From assembly GCF_026930045.1 (NCBI RefSeq), contig NC_072740.1:29684384-29748383 (forward strand): a stretch of 64,000 nucleotides of DNA, written 5' to 3'. Below the pieces are notes generated by a model. It did no database searches and was not told the DNA's origin. It saw only the letters and a list, made by a program, of their open reading frames with translations. The stretch comes from Uloborus diversus. Its lineage: Eukaryota. Positions within the stretch are counted from its first letter, which is position 1. Every line of letters starts with the position of its first letter. Shown here one piece after another: positions 12,257-27,021 of the stretch. Made by a program: the position numbers and the translations under genes.

Positions 12257-15200
12257 GCTCTGTGTGTGTCTTCGGGAAAGAAATGTTCTGTGTAGACTCA
12301 GAACGAGAGATTTCTTGAGATATTTGTAAATAAATATATATCGTATTTAATCCATTTGAGTTTATGAGTTCGACTATTTGGGAAATATTTTTGAAACTGA
12401 AGTGACAACTTCACAAATAAGGGAGAGTCGAGATACATGATCCCTCAGGAGTCAGAAGACCTGTTCACCCTCTCAAATCTCGAAACTCCAATTATACAAA
12501 ATGTTTATAACGGCAACATTACGAAGTAGCTATGGTAAGTTTACATCCCCAAGTGTCAGATGAACCGTTTTGCGCTTTTGATATTATACGTCACTCTCAG
12601 TTTTCGGAGGTGAACTTTTTTTTTTTTTTTTGATCGTGGATCAAAGAGATTGCTAGCTTTAGTTTAACCGAATGGCTTAAAGTAACCCAGAATGATTCTA
12701 GTCATAACATATCATACAATTTTGATTATATAATAGTATTCAAGCATAAATAAGTTTATATTAGTATACTGCCATGTTAAGCGCAAAAAATAGTAGGGGA
12801 GAGTGCTGTACCTTAGAACCCTTATAATTTCTAAGAATCTATTTTTAGCAGTCCCGTTTTTGTAATCTCTAATAGTAACCTTCACCACTAAATGGTGCCA
12901 TTGTAAGAATCAGCATCAAATGAGTAAAATTGACGATTTTGTGAGAGAAAGAAAATTTCATGACTCAAAATTAAATATTTTCTTCGTTTTTAATTTATTT
13001 TCTGTCTTTGTATTTGTAAATTTAATGAACTGAATTTTATTTTGCTGTAAAAGAGAAGTACCTCAGATTTTGCTTATGAGAAAATAATGATAGTGCATCT
13101 AGATTGACTATTATTTTGGTTTTTCTTAAACCATGTGGGGATTGTACGTTGGGACAGCCAAACGTTTTGTACCTTCGGACATGTTCCAAGGTACGACATA
13201 TTCATGGTTCTTAATAGTTAAGATATGTTTAGGAACATGGAACAATTGGTTTAACACATTTAAGGGGTTAGATAATAATTCATTATTCATAATTCATTAT
13301 TAAATATTCATGATTTCATTCACTACCATGAGAAAAATACATTTTTTTGTTTTCTGGTGCAAAATTGGTTCAAGTATATGGCTGTTTCCTGAATCATGAA
13401 GACTTTCTCATAGTACAACAGGATGTGTCCCAAGGTATAATAGGATGTTGTACCTAGGGAAAACTTGAAACTTTTACTTTAAATGGCTGGCAACATTTTT
13501 ATTTTCAAACGGTCTGAATTAAAAAAAATATATGGGATAGAAGTATGTTGGGGCATTTTAATAAGACTTTTAGATTTTAAATTTGATTCAAATAATTTAC
13601 GTTAAAAATTAATGCATGAAAAGTGTCCCAAGGTTCAAGGTCACTCTCCCTTATCTGTAGCTGAGATCAAAATGAGATATTGCTCTTTAAAGCTTTACCC
13701 GTCTTGATTCGGACGCCACTTTTTCAGAATCTATGAAGGGGAGTCGGTACCCTGCATACACGTGTGTTAAATTGCTAATCTTTATATACCTTTTTCTCAA
13801 AAAAATATTTCACTATAGAAACATACAATTTTCGCAGTGTTTTCAAAAGATATATCTAAAGAGTCCACTGAAGTGAAGATTTAAAGCAATTCTGTTTATT
13901 TCATAATTTATTCAACTTTAACCAATAGTCAATATTTAAATGAAAAAGAAAGACCGAATTCAGAATAAAAACAGCAGTTTAGGAAAAAGTTTAAGTTCTA
14001 AAGCAAATATTTGATTTAGTTTTAGTTATGATCATATAAATAAATGTGATGAAAATTTTCGAAGTAATATGCAAAGTAGTTTTCTGGAAAATATTTTAAA
14101 ATTGACGTTTCGAGAAAATAAAGTTGGACGTACATTTTGAAACACTCCTGCTGAATTGATATTTAAATTGAGTTACTTTTAATATACGGGTGATTCTCCA
14201 AAAACGTGACATTTTCCAATCACAAATATTTTAAAAATACTAATGCTTTTCAAAATCTGAAAAACATTATACTTACTCTATGTTAAGAACTTATTAGGGG
14301 AAAATTAGAGGGAACTCACTTTAACTATGTTACACCTCTCAAAACTGGGGGCTCAATTTTTCACACACCAGGGGAGTGACCAGCAGTAAGTTTAATCAAG
14401 GGATATAAAAAAATCAATTATAGTAATAAAGAAAAAACTGTAACCTAAATCAAAAAGTATGTTATTGCATAACAAAACAAAATCTATGTAAAACCTCCCT
14501 TAACGGACACTCGCTAACAACGAACATTTCTTTGAGTCCCGGTCCCTTTATATACATTTTCCCATATTATTTCCTCTGAATATCTTACACTCCGAATAAC
14601 AGACAGTTATTTTAACAAAAAAAAAAAAAAAAATCAATTGCTATACTAAAATTCTAAACCAAAAAATAAATAACAATTTTCACATTAAGTTCTATTGCTT
14701 GTTACTTTGAATTCTCTAATTTAGAAAAGTATTTAGCTAATTTTAAAAAGTTGTGCTCTAATTTATCTAAGGCATAAATTTAAAGCAAATTCATTTACCT
14801 ATTCGAGCAGCATTGAAATTAAGAAATGTATAACCAACAAAACGCTTTTTGAAATATTCCACTGAACAAGAGAAAAAGAAAAAAAGAACTTAAATAAATA
14901 GAATTTTTCTACTACTACATTTTTTATTTATCCATTTTTTATTTATCGTTTCGAAATTCAGCTTTTTTCAATCGTAATTTTATTTTCCAACTATGTATTG
15001 GAAATAAATCCTATTCTACTGGATGTATTACCAACGCTTCATAAATAATGACAGGAGAGTGATTTTTTTTTGCACCAAGAGAGTGACATTATTTTGAGCC
15101 AGGAGAGTGACATTTTCCTTACAACTTGCCTGTTACGTATCCCCAGGATTATAATTAAGGTAAAGAATGGTATTTTCTATTCTAACCTCTTAATTCAACT

Positions 15201-18200
15201 ACACCCTATGATTATAACTAAAAATTTTCTTTTATTTAAAACAAAAATGTTGTCCAATAGAGTGACATCACCCCCGAGGGCCCCTTGTTCCAATCATTGC
15301 GGGGACTAACCAGATGGGGGTCTCTAGCAGAAATGTTACGCACTTTATTTTTGAACTCCAAAATTTCAATGTGAACAGCAGACAAATCATATTAACAAAA
15401 TACTCAAGGAATCCAACAAAATGGCGATCATAAACAGTGTTGTAGTACAGCAGAATAAAAATTCCCCCTTTTTCATCTATAATAATTGAACTCATTCCTA
15501 GGACAGGAGAGGGACATGAAAACCTGACGACAAACTTGAAAATGATGTACCTTATTATTTAAATAATTAAATTTACTTAAAGAATGTTATTTTACACCTT
15601 TAAGTATGCATAATTTAGCACTACAAATTAAATTTTTGGAATGTTCATAAAATTTTTTTAAATAATTTAATTGTATTTGAGAAACGAATGGGGACACGCA
15701 GAACGAATGACATTCTGGTTATTCAAAAAGTTTTGTAGAAAAAAATAAATGAGTTACTGTTTTAATAAAAATTGAATAACATCGAAAAAGTTATTTCTCG
15801 CTAATAAAAAAAAAGAAAAAAAAAATCTAGGTCAAACAATCTTTGTGTTAGGCTCCTGGGACATAACATTTTTAGGATTTTGAAGAATCACCCATACATT
15901 GAAATATGAATTCAATGTTGCTTGAAAGCTCTGTATTTGAATATTTAAAACATATAATAACTGAAAAAGTATTATTTAAAAAGGTTTTTGGACACCATCA
16001 CTTCACAAAGATTATTTCTCATTTCCAATGACCACAAAACATTGTATTTAGATAAAATATGTTACAAAGAACCACCCAATTTTGATAAAATTGGATGATT
16101 ACGACATCAGTGCTTACCACCGCTCCTTTTTTTGAAAGATGTTTTACTATTGTTGCCGATGGACGGTATCTACATCGTAATGCTGAAACTCTACAAAAAC
16201 ATTTATTTAAGTAAGGTATAATCGAATAACATATAGAATAAGAGAATAAATACAAAATAATGTAAACTTCAAAGCATTTTTTAAGTAGTAGCTTTCATAA
16301 TCCGATATAGAGTGCAAAACATGCGCAAAGAGAATTCTAAATCGTTATAATTAAACTATCTGCATGAACGATCTAATAGCTAACACACGCAAGAATGTTC
16401 CAGCATCGATCACAATGTTCGCCAGACAATGACTTTGGACCATCGTTAACCTCATGTACATTGAATTCTCTACAGCTGGTGAAGTAGTCTATTTTCTGCA
16501 CATAACCAGCTGGTGTCCGCCGCTGAATATAAATTAGACAACTATTTTCTCTATCCACGCATTTCTCTAGTTACATTTCGAAAAACATAATATGAGATTG
16601 GTTAAGATTATATCGCAAAAGTAGTCAGCAGAAACATAAAATATTTCCCATGCGTTGATACATATTACTGTTAAAGTATAGTTTTGCAATGAAAATGAAA
16701 TTACCAATTTTAGGGCTTCAGAGAGCCTTGCCCTCAGTAAATTTGAACGTTTTTTTTCTTAACACATTTTTACTGCAATGGATTAATAAAGTGATTTTCA
16801 TCAGTGCTTGATACTAAAAATGTTCATTACAAATACAATACAAAAAGCAAAGCTTTACACAAAGGCTAAGTATGTTGGATTTGAAATTTAGTGTTTTATG
16901 TATTAGGAGTCATTGCTTCTGACTGGTTAATGTTTAAGTACCAACACTATAGGCTGTTCTGTACGAAAAATACATATAAATAGTTAGCAATTATGCTTAT
17001 TAAATGCTTATCTTAATATATAAAAATCTTCTGTGCGGACGTTTGTCACCATAAGGTTTTTAAACGGCTGGACCGATTTTGATCAAATTTTTTGTGTGTA
17101 ATTAAATTGTGGCAAGCATGGTTTCGAAGCGCGATGGAAAGAATCGGAAACGTTTTTGTTAGTGAATTAATTAATTTAAACATTGGATGGTTATGTCTCC
17201 CAAATGATTAATATTTATTTTAACCTATTGCTGAGTGAGAACTGAAATAAATATTTAACCCGTTGCCAAAGGACAATAAGAAAACCAGCTCTGCTTTTTG
17301 TAATGAAATTTTCTACTGTGATATGTCAATTGAGAATAGATAAAACGTAAAGAGAGAGAGAGAGTGAAGCCTTCACATTTCTTGAAAGCAACGATTTTAG
17401 GTCCCGAGATATATTTCAAAGTATAAAGTACTGGAAGGTTCACGCAAAACGTGTGTTCTGTCGTCGTAGTTGAACCATGTGACCGGATCGGTGCTTTAGG
17501 TTTTCCTAACCAAATGATCAGAAAGTACCGTACCTAGCAGCATTTGTTTCTCGGATGAAATCCATCTGAGTTTGGGCACCAATGTCGAGAATACTTTAAG
17601 GTTTTTCTAACTAATCAGTACATTATTAAAGGAAAAGATGATGGAATTCAAAGACGAAACAAATTTTATTTTCGTCCAGATAAAGTACAACAGGGTAGTT
17701 CTGTACACACAAGATCAGTGCAGTGGAAGATTTTTATCTTTAGTAGAAAGAACAAATTATGGAAATATATGAAGTTTTCGTTCAAAAGATGGGACCACTA
17801 ATCGGTCGGGGTTTGCTTCGCTCACTGATCGGCTGGATTACAGTAACGTGGTGACTTGGCGACTTTGGCTATAAACAATAGAGTTGCGTGATCATTTGTT
17901 TACATTTTAAAGCTACTGTTAATGTAATTTATTGTATTTTTGTTTATTTGGCGAAATATTTCAAATTGCAAATAATTGTTTTTCGTTTTTAAAGTGTTTT
18001 TAGTCATTTTAGTTGAAGAATGTGTTTATTTTATATCGGAAGGGGGGGAGGGATTAGTGATTTTCGCTCTTTCAGAAAACTGTTTTTACCTTTATCATTT
18101 TTCTAAACGATATCCTTTCGATTGTTTTATTATTTTTCATATGGGGGATGTTGCAGCGGGATTTCCCGTTTTTTCTAGATGGGTAGTTAGATTTTTACAC

Positions 18201-18547
18201 TTAATATCTGAGGAAGCTTTTTATCCTTTGAGTATGGCTGTAGGAGCAAACCATTAAGTATGGGAGAAAAAAATGGTTAATAAAACTGCTCAGTGGGCAT
18301 TAGATCAATCAAGTTCTAATAAATACAAGCATTCTGACACCATAGCAGCTTAAAACATTTTTTATTGTTTTCAACAGAATTGTTCAAACACTTGATAGTT
18401 TATTGAAATTTTTTAACTTTTCAATTTACAAAGTTTGAACAGAACAGCGTCTGTCGGGTCCTCTAGTAATTCATATAAACCAATTGATAAGCTATACCAA
18501 ATCACATTTATGCATTTATGTTACGTTCAATGGTTGACACATGATGA

Positions 18548-19199
18548 TTTTTTAAAATACACTGTAAAAAAATCTGTAAGGTTACTGGTTATTTCCGTGG
18601 AACGCTTCGGGATTTCACACGTTTTCACCTATTTCCCCGTAAAATCGACTATCTTTGAGACAAAGTTTCCTGAATTGCTACAAGTTAGACGAATATAGAC
18701 TTGTCACTGTTGAGAAAAACATTTTTAGCTGACAATTTAAAGATTGAATGAGCGTGTTTATTAAGTGTGTCGGCTTAAAGTTTGATTAAAACCTGCTCGA
18801 GTTGACTATGCCCCCCATGGGAGCGAATAAGTCACTGGATAGCCGCACCCTTGGAAGGCAGGAATTGCAGGCAAGGAATGTGTGTAGTTCTTGCTTGCCA
18901 ATTTGGCTTGCCTTTGCAGTGGTTTACTCTAATGCTTCGGGAGTTTTTTTGGTAAATCAGGAAGATTTTAATCCATTACATTAAACCTACTTGTTTTATT
19001 TAGGTTTCCGAGACATGACTGACTTAAGCACAGGAGGAGATTTCTCTATTCTTCAGAAAGTTTCGATTAAAATTTCAGAAAGGTTGCTGACTTTTAGCGG
19101 AAAACGTTCCTGGTTTTTGCAAGAAATGTTACTGGCAGAATTTGGGTATATCAGCTGCCTATTATTTTCCAGGAACGTTTCTAAAGCTTTTTTACAGTG
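18548..19199 (+). mobile_element. MITE-like non-autonomous TIR element, copy 2 (about 650 bp)
   Basis: Same family as 11646-12256 (see that entry) and in the same orientation. The flanks differ, so these are independent insertions; both copies are followed by 'tag'. Confidence 0.75.
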
Positions 19200-22100
19200 T
19201 AGAGGCATGTAACCGTTCTGTATCTTACTGGTGACATAACAGCAGTGCCAGATCTAGAAATTTTCTGAGGTGGGGCAAAACCTTAAAATGCCGTCTCCCC
19301 CAACACATCCATCCATCTTGTTTTAAATTTTTCTATCAAGTTGAATTTTCGTAATTTTAATTAACCTGTAAAGTTCGATATAGATTGACTACAAATTCAT
19401 TTTGTACTAGTAATGTCATTATGAGCAATTTTTTTGTTAAAACGGAGGCATACCGTAACACAAATTGCAATTAAAAACCTTCTCTGCTCCTCTTTTTTCC
19501 GATAACGAGTTCAGTGTTCGGATAAGAATGCTTTGGTTTTAATCTTCCAGTTTTCGCCACCTGCAGCTTTTTTGCTGCAAGGGAACAATGGATCTTCAAC
19601 TTACGGTCCGCGAACAGATTTTTCCCGGCCCGCGGGAAGCTTACAAACTGAGATTTTTTTCTTTCAATTGATAATTTTGAACATTTTGAAAGAAAACTAA
19701 GCCCAAAACCACTACTAGCCAGAGAAGAGCAGGGGGGGGGGGAGAACTGTCTCTTTCTACAGGAGGGTCTTCGACTTTCACTTTCCTCCTTCAAGCCATC
19801 AAAGATAGTTTAAAATTGCATTTGTGAGACTTTAATGTCGAAAAATTTCTGTAGGAGAGCCGTTTACCTGCCTTTTCTTCTTCATTTGACCAAAAATAGC
19901 CTTAATTGGGGACTTTGAGATTTTAATTTCTTGAAATTTCCGGGATGAGCCACGATCCCCTTCCGGAACGTCTCAATGAAAATATTTTAAAATTGCGGCT
20001 CCTTAAAAGAACAGCTCCAGAATTCTGACTATTTTTCTAACATCATAAAGGATGTCCAGAAATATGTTTTTAGAATATCATTCCAAAAAATTTTCCGAAT
20101 AGAGCATTTGACCCCTCCTCATCTCCTAAACATCACAAATTACCAAATTTTTCTCAACTTGGCAAATAATTTTCAGGACAATAATTTTCTGTAAAAAAAT
20201 CACATATGTGAATATATAGGCGGCTCCTGTAAGCTATCATTTTTTTTATCTTTTTTTATTTTTTGAAGTGAAGGACTATAAACCATGGGCCTGTAAAATC
20301 AGGACTGACACGCGACAAGACGTGCTCAATGCTAGTTTTGTCGCCAGTCCCTCCTCCTGTTACGCTAATTTTACTCTATGCGCACTACTTTAATTCCGAT
20401 AATGGTGAACATATGACCAAGCATTTCCATGAGTCAATAATTATCGGGAGTTGAGGAGCGAAGCGAGCAGTAGTTGCAGCCCCCTAGTTTCATAAAATAA
20501 AGCAAATGCCCTGTTTTGAATTTGCTCAATCCAAATCAACACTTTTAAAACTAATACGTCCTAAGTTACGGATGCTGGGCCGGTCATTTCGAATTTTTTC
20601 CCGGGGAGATTTTGCAGGGAAAAATAATTTTTACTTTCTATTCATGGTTACGGCTAGAAGGGGGAGGACGCGTCTTTTTATCTCAAAGTAATTAGCTAAC
20701 TTGGTTTTTTAAGGAACTGCGGTTAATCAAGATGTCCCGATAATGATCTGCAAAAATAACCCAATGCATAAAAGCAGAAAAAAGCTACTATCTTTCCTGT
20801 ACTAATTTCACTGGTAACGATTGATTAATGTATAAAGGAGCCTATGAAAACCTGCACACAGACCCACGATTCCCTACAACGTTCTTTGTTACACCACCGA
20901 GCATTTTTCATTTCAGAACAAATATGAGAGATTAGAATAAATAAAATAACTTCTACATTACATTTTTATGACTAAGTTTTCACTTTTATTTTGTAATTTA
21001 CCTCGTATCCAGAGCAAATAAGAAAAAAAGTAAACGTTAGATACTGCACACTTTTATAATCTTTTCTTATAGAAATCAATGCTAGCGAAAATATCTTTAA
21101 TAGCGTTTTTGAAGTTTTTACTTCTTCCTGAAAAATATTGAAATTAGCTTCCTTTTTTTTTGTCCAATTTGGAGATGAAACTATATTTCTCCTTTCTGCA
21201 CCCATGACGGAGAGCAATATGTTTATTTGCTGGATTTTGTAAATGCCTCTAGCAACATTTACAAGCTCATCCTCTCCCTGTTTCTAAGCAAAGGGTGCTT
21301 CAGAAAATTTGTGAAGAATGAACTTTTGTATGGTTTTAAGCATGAAATAATTTCAACCCCAAGCGAATATGTATGTATTTTTATTTTACCTTGACATCGT
21401 AAAATGTGCCACCCCTAAAATATGTCGCCATTAGGTAGTAGCACGGTGTGTACACAAAAAGCCAGTTGATCAACGAGGAAACAATCAATAATTAATATAA
21501 TTTTATTTAATTTTACTAAGGTCGAATTTATTTAAGTGGCTAGTACACGTGTTCAGGTTCAGTCCTATCAGAAGTGCTTACTTATCTCCCTTTGTAACAC
21601 CTAAAAACGCCTGTGTAAAGAGTCGCTTGCTGCTCGTCGCCCCGTTTTGCCGACTTCTTTTGTAAAATATGCATCTGTTTTTGAAAATAAATGACTCTAT
21701 AAGTCAATTTCAATTGTCAGCAAAATAAACGAGAAAGCACGAAACTCTTTTGCATTACTTTCTTTTTTTTCCCCAGTTTCAAATTGTTAATATTTAATAC
21801 TTACAGTACTTTCCAGAATTTCTTAGAATAAGCAATGTTTTTCTGCCGGAAGAACCACTCGAATTTGCCACCTCCTGAAGCTGCCGCCCGAGGCAAGAAT
21901 CTCGGATTGACCCCTTCCCCCGCTCCCATAGATCCGGCTGTGTATAATAGTAAGTTGAAACGAAACATTTAAATGAAGATTGGCTAACCATTGGCTAATT
22001 TGAGGCAGTTTATTTTTAACTCAAAATTAAGAACTGCAAATCATTTTATTTTTGCTATAAATAATTTATTAAGATGTAATTTTTTCATTTGGGTTCAAAA

Positions 22101-25100
22101 TTCTGCTATTTTTGTTATACAATTAAAGTGATTTTTGTTAGAAGAGCTGAAAACGTGGCTGCCGTATGGCATAAATGTTTATTTTTTTGCTTTAGATGTG
22201 TATTTATATATTTTTTAAAAATATTTGTTAAAATTTTTTGCAGGGAGAAATAATTTTTGCAATTGAGTTCTAAAATTTTTTTTTCTATGCTATTTCTCAA
22301 GAATATTATAAAGTCGCTTGAATTCAACGTATTAGACTCGAAAAAATTCATTAATAGTTGAAATAAAATGACCAGCTGTTGGAGAAAAAGTACTAAATAG
22401 AAATTTTTATCGAACCAATAGTTTTCTTTTCTTTTTTCTTTTTTGCGTTCAAAAGACACAGTTTACTTTAAAAAGAAAAGTTCTAAAAGTTCGAAATAAA
22501 TTACACCCTTAGTCTGTTGAGAGAGATGATGCTAATGTGCTGTTAGAAAATCGATGTTGGTCTTCGGGAAAGTAGGCTCAATTAGTTCTTGACGGAGCAT
22601 TTTGTTTCATTGGAGCTGCTAGAACTCATAAGAAGATCAAGTGTCCGTGACTAGTGAAATAAAATTGGTGATACATTTGAGGAGTGTTTTTTCATGAAAG
22701 ATATTTCCAGTCTTTTAAAAACATGCGAATTGGAAAAAGGCATGCTATTACGTATGGAATGTTAAGCAAGAATGGAAGAGAGATTAAATCTACATTTACT
22801 TCCGGAGTAAATTTCGATTAACATTTAGGCGTGGCCAATATTATGTACGAAATAAGGAATTGTTCGTTTAGATTAACTATGAATAAGCTTTGGGGAATGA
22901 AGATAACGAAAGATGAAATGTACATATTATTCATTTGAAAGCTTTTAATAAGTACACACTTCTGGATTTCTATCTCAGAATCATCAAATGGCGTAATCGA
23001 AGATATCTCATTGCTAAGTAAGTTTCAGAAAAGTTTTGCATCTAGAAGCAAATGATAATTTGCCTCAATTTACCGAGCGCTTGGGTTTTTATTGGTTTAT
23101 TTAAAAACTCTAGTTGCCTTTATGAGTAGTAAAGACCAAAATTGCAGGAAGTAGTCAAGTTTAACTTTGACTTTCAACCAACTTTGATTGTGTTTCTTAC
23201 GCTGCTTGATTTCTTTATTATTTCTAGTTTCTGCATGCGTTGGAGATGTTAGATATCTTTAGGACTTACAGAAAACACTTTGTAGTAACTAAAATTTAGT
23301 TGCAATCACACAATCAATTTCAAATAAGTTTGAAGAGTGTAAGTTTATTTTTGCTTTTTTCACTCTAATGTGCAGAGCTTTGATCACTTATATAATAATA
23401 CTTTGATTAGAGAAGTTGGCAAATTATACTCGCTACAATATCTATTGGAACAGGAACAACGGTTCTTAAATAGTTACAGCAGTCCCTAAAATTTTCAATA
23501 AGAATAAAGTCAGCAGTTCCTCTTATTTCTATCTGAATGCGGACAAGAGTCCCTAAAAACGCACAGATCCGCAACGCAAGGCTGCACAGTTCCTAAACAA
23601 CACAACTGTCCATAAAAATATCGATTACAATAAGAAAAGAAACTCCTGAAAATCCCAATTGGAAATGGGCATGTTATTGCAAGGTGAGGGGAGACAACTT
23701 GCGAAATCTTTCAGTTGTCGATGCTTGAGAATTTTGTCCTTATTCTATCGATTTTTAGGAACTATTGTTAACAAAATAACATCTCATCGGAGCAAGAAGT
23801 CACTGAAAACTTTGATTTAGTCGTAAACATTAGATTATTTTTATACGTTTTTTCAGCTTAATAAGATACTTTATATCACCTGCAAATGTTTCGTTTTCTA
23901 CGTCATGATTACATAATTAAAAATATACCATTGAATGCCATTTAATATAGCAACATAAATAGTTTTAGCAATATAAATGTAATCTTCCGGATGTGTATAT
24001 TTATATGGTGCATTCTGCAGTGCGATATACTTTTTTTTGTTTTATTAAATTGCTAAAAATTGTTGCTGATAAATCTTTCTCACTTTTAATCAGAGAATAC
24101 TTCCTTGAAAACTTAGCATCAGCAGAAGGGACATCACTTTTTTCAATCTTACTAGTAATTTACACTCTCCCTATATAAGTTTGTCTATCTTGTTCAAGTT
24201 TTCAATCGTTAGTAAAACACTTTTTATTCATCTGATCAAGTTTAAATACATTTTTTAAAAACTTGCAGTGGATGACAAAACAATATGGTTATACAATTTT
24301 TTGAAATATTAATTTAAAAATTAAATTAATTTTCTATTTTGCCTCTTAATATTGTGATTCTGTCATATGTATATACATATCTTTATTAATTGTAATTATT
24401 TAATAAAAAGTAACAAAATAAAAATATTTTTTGTTGACTTAAGTAGGAATTGACTTTTTATATTACTTGTTTGTACTTACTGCTCTGAGACAAATCATTT
24501 CAAATCTTTGACACAGCGTTGAAAAAGAACAATGTGTATGAAGTCATTAAGACTCACCAGTAGTATAAACTGAATAACTGCAGCAACTTAATTCACCTTT
24601 TGACTGTACAAGTCATAATTCCGTTTTATGAGAGTGAGAATCCACCCTCATCACGTGTTAGATTCATGACGCTGGAGCTGAAATACAATCCTCTTTGTTC
24701 TGCAATATAAACATACTCAAAATTTCCTTGCAATTCTCCCTCCAACTAACAGGATATTTATGCTCTCTTACCATAAAGTAAGTGTGATACACTGTTGTAA
24801 CCCTTGTCTATAATATCTCGGCGACAAATGTGAAGATGAATCCAAAGATTTACGACTATAGCGTGATTAAATTTCTCGCTACATCTTCAATGGTAATGCT
24901 TTAAAGAAATAATTCATAACACATTTTAATTCCATTAGTTATTCGAACAACATTGAAAACATTTCAAATGCATGAAATGCATTTTATTTCTTAATTTTTT
25001 ATGGAAAAATGTAAAAGGAAAAAAAAAACTTTTTGAAAACTAAACAAAACATTGCGAACTTTCTTATGAGTAACATTTCCGAAATCCTTTTCATTACTCA

Positions 25101-25215
25101 TGAGTTTCTCACGAAAAAATCCCAAATTTTACTTGTTGAAAGAAACATATTCTAGAATTACCGATAGATTAGTCTGCACCCTAATGTATTGAAATGCAAT
25201 TTGTAGACAAACACG

Positions 25216-25960
25216 TAGGGTAACGGCACTAGTAACAGACATGATTAAGACATCGCTCTGAGGTCAACTTAATTTTCTGAGCCTTTTAATGTATTTAGAC
25301 TTTTGAAACTATTTTTCTTTCATGAAACTACATCTCATCTAACGTTTGGCTGCTTCTGAATCCCCTGAATTAGTTGATTCTATTTTTATTTGCTCAATTT
25401 CGAAAAAAGGTTCGACCCCAGAAACAGACACCGACAATTCTGATGATACCCAGCAATAGATAGGATGGGGAAAGGATGAATAATGGACAGAATTTCCCTT
25501 TTCTCTTCAAAATGTACAAAAGTTCTTTATTTTTAGAGCTAAAACCTTAATATATTCAAATGAACATGAAACACCGGCAGACCTCGGGGTGACTATTCAT
25601 AACCTTCCAGCCAGGGGCGTGCACAAGGGGAGAAGGTAGTTCTGTCACCCGGGCCCCGAGCCTGAAGGGAGCCCAATATTCTCGAAACTATTATTGAAAT
25701 ATAGGGGTAAAAAATATGGAGGGGGTCCCGGAAAAGTCATTTGTGACGGACTCCAACATTTCTGTGCACGCCCCTGCTTCCACCACTGCCTTGTAAATAC
25801 CAACTGGCTCATAAATTCACTCTGATAACACTGGATGGTTGCACCGTATTCATGGATCGCAGCAACATTGGTTTTACCAGCCTAAAATTCTTATTATTTA
25901 AATCCAAACTTACGACTGTCTGTTACTGGACCCTTGTCTGTTACTGGTGCCGTTACCCTA
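25216..25960. mobile_element. Candidate non-autonomous TIR element of about 745 bp, possibly with a TA target site
   Basis: Left terminus 'tagggtaacggcactagtaacagaca' (25216) is inverted against the right terminus 'tgtctgttactggtgccgttacccta' (25935-25960). A subterminal direct repeat 'ctgtctgttactgg' occurs twice at the right end. An internal inverted pair 'aggggcgtgcacaa' / 'ttgtgcacgcccct' lies at 25608/25768. Confidence 0.5.
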
Positions 25961-26974
25961 ATACAGTCAACTCTTGATAACTCGAAGTCCTAAGGGACCG
26001 GCTAAAACCTTCAAATAATCGGCAGTTCGAGTTGTCGAAAGCTACTTATCCAGCCTCCTAAAGATTTTTTTTCTTTTTTTTAGGAATAGTGCATAGTAGA
26101 TAGATTATAACGCTGATAGTTTCGATAAAACTAAATATTAGTAATTCATAAAATTATCTTTGCGGAGCGTGACAAATAATAACTTCGTTATCATTGCTGT
26201 TTATGAAACCAGTTCTTAAAGCAGTTTTAACTACTTAAAGCCATAAGCGAAGTTTCTTTTCTCCTGAATTCAGTTCACATTCTTTTAAAATGTCTTTTGC
26301 CCTAAAAGCACGATTATTTGAACTATCCAGAAAATAAAGAATACCTTTTTCATTTTTTTAATAAAATTTTAAATCTTTCAAAAATTAGCCAGCAATGAAA
26401 TTTTAGATTGTCAGCCACGGCAAAAAGTAGCCCGATCGGCTACTTTTCACGCTGTCTTGCAGGAATGCGCATTAAGGAGCACTGTAGTAAATTAATAATC
26501 CCACTCATACAAACTGATGAGAAAAACAATCTTATTTTGGCTACATTTTTATGCATAAATGAAAACGAAACTTTTGTAAAAACTTCGACTTAAAAGGAGT
26601 AAATTCGAGATAAAGATACAACTTTGAATTGAAAAAACTAAGTTATTTTGGGACCGAATGAAAACTTCGAGATAAAGGAATCATCGAGTTATAAGGCTTC
26701 GAGTTATGGAGAATCGACTGTATTAAGAGATCGATCACGAAATGAAACAATACCACGAAATCTGAAATGAAACAATACCATAAAATCCGATACAGACAAG
26801 TAACTTGACAGCTCACTTGCCAACTACAACTGTTACAGAAGCTTTGAACACTTAAAAAATAGTACTAAAGTTTCAAAAAACAATAGGCATTACTAAAAAA
26901 CCATTATACTTTTTTTATGCTCGAAAATAATTTGCAGGAAATATATTTGTGCTGTAGATAAAATAGTAAATGGG

Positions 26975-27014
26975 CCATTCCACGGAAAACAGTAATTTTG
27001 TCCCGCACGTGACG
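26975..27014 (+). repeat. Left arm of a 40-bp inverted-repeat pair flanking the mariner insertion; contains the GTCCCGCACGTGACG motif
   Basis: 'ccattccacggaaaacagtaattttgtcccgcacgtgacg' is near-perfectly inverted against 28700-28740. Confidence 0.7.
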
Positions 27015-27021
27015 CTTCATA

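Noticed and set aside
19623-19640. The 'ttcccggcccgcgggaa' near-palindrome.
   Set aside because: It is a short isolated palindrome that is not recurrent, and is probably a chance occurrence.
24720-24900. Splice-like signals: a pyrimidine tract plus 'ctaacag|G' acceptor, an 'AAA|GTAAGT' donor at about 24777, and a short ORF 'MNPKIYDYSVIKFLATSSM' followed by a GTAATG donor at about 24895. These could be small exons.
   Set aside because: In AT-rich DNA such signals occur by chance. The putative exons are tiny and have no recognisable coding content, so RNA-seq evidence is required.
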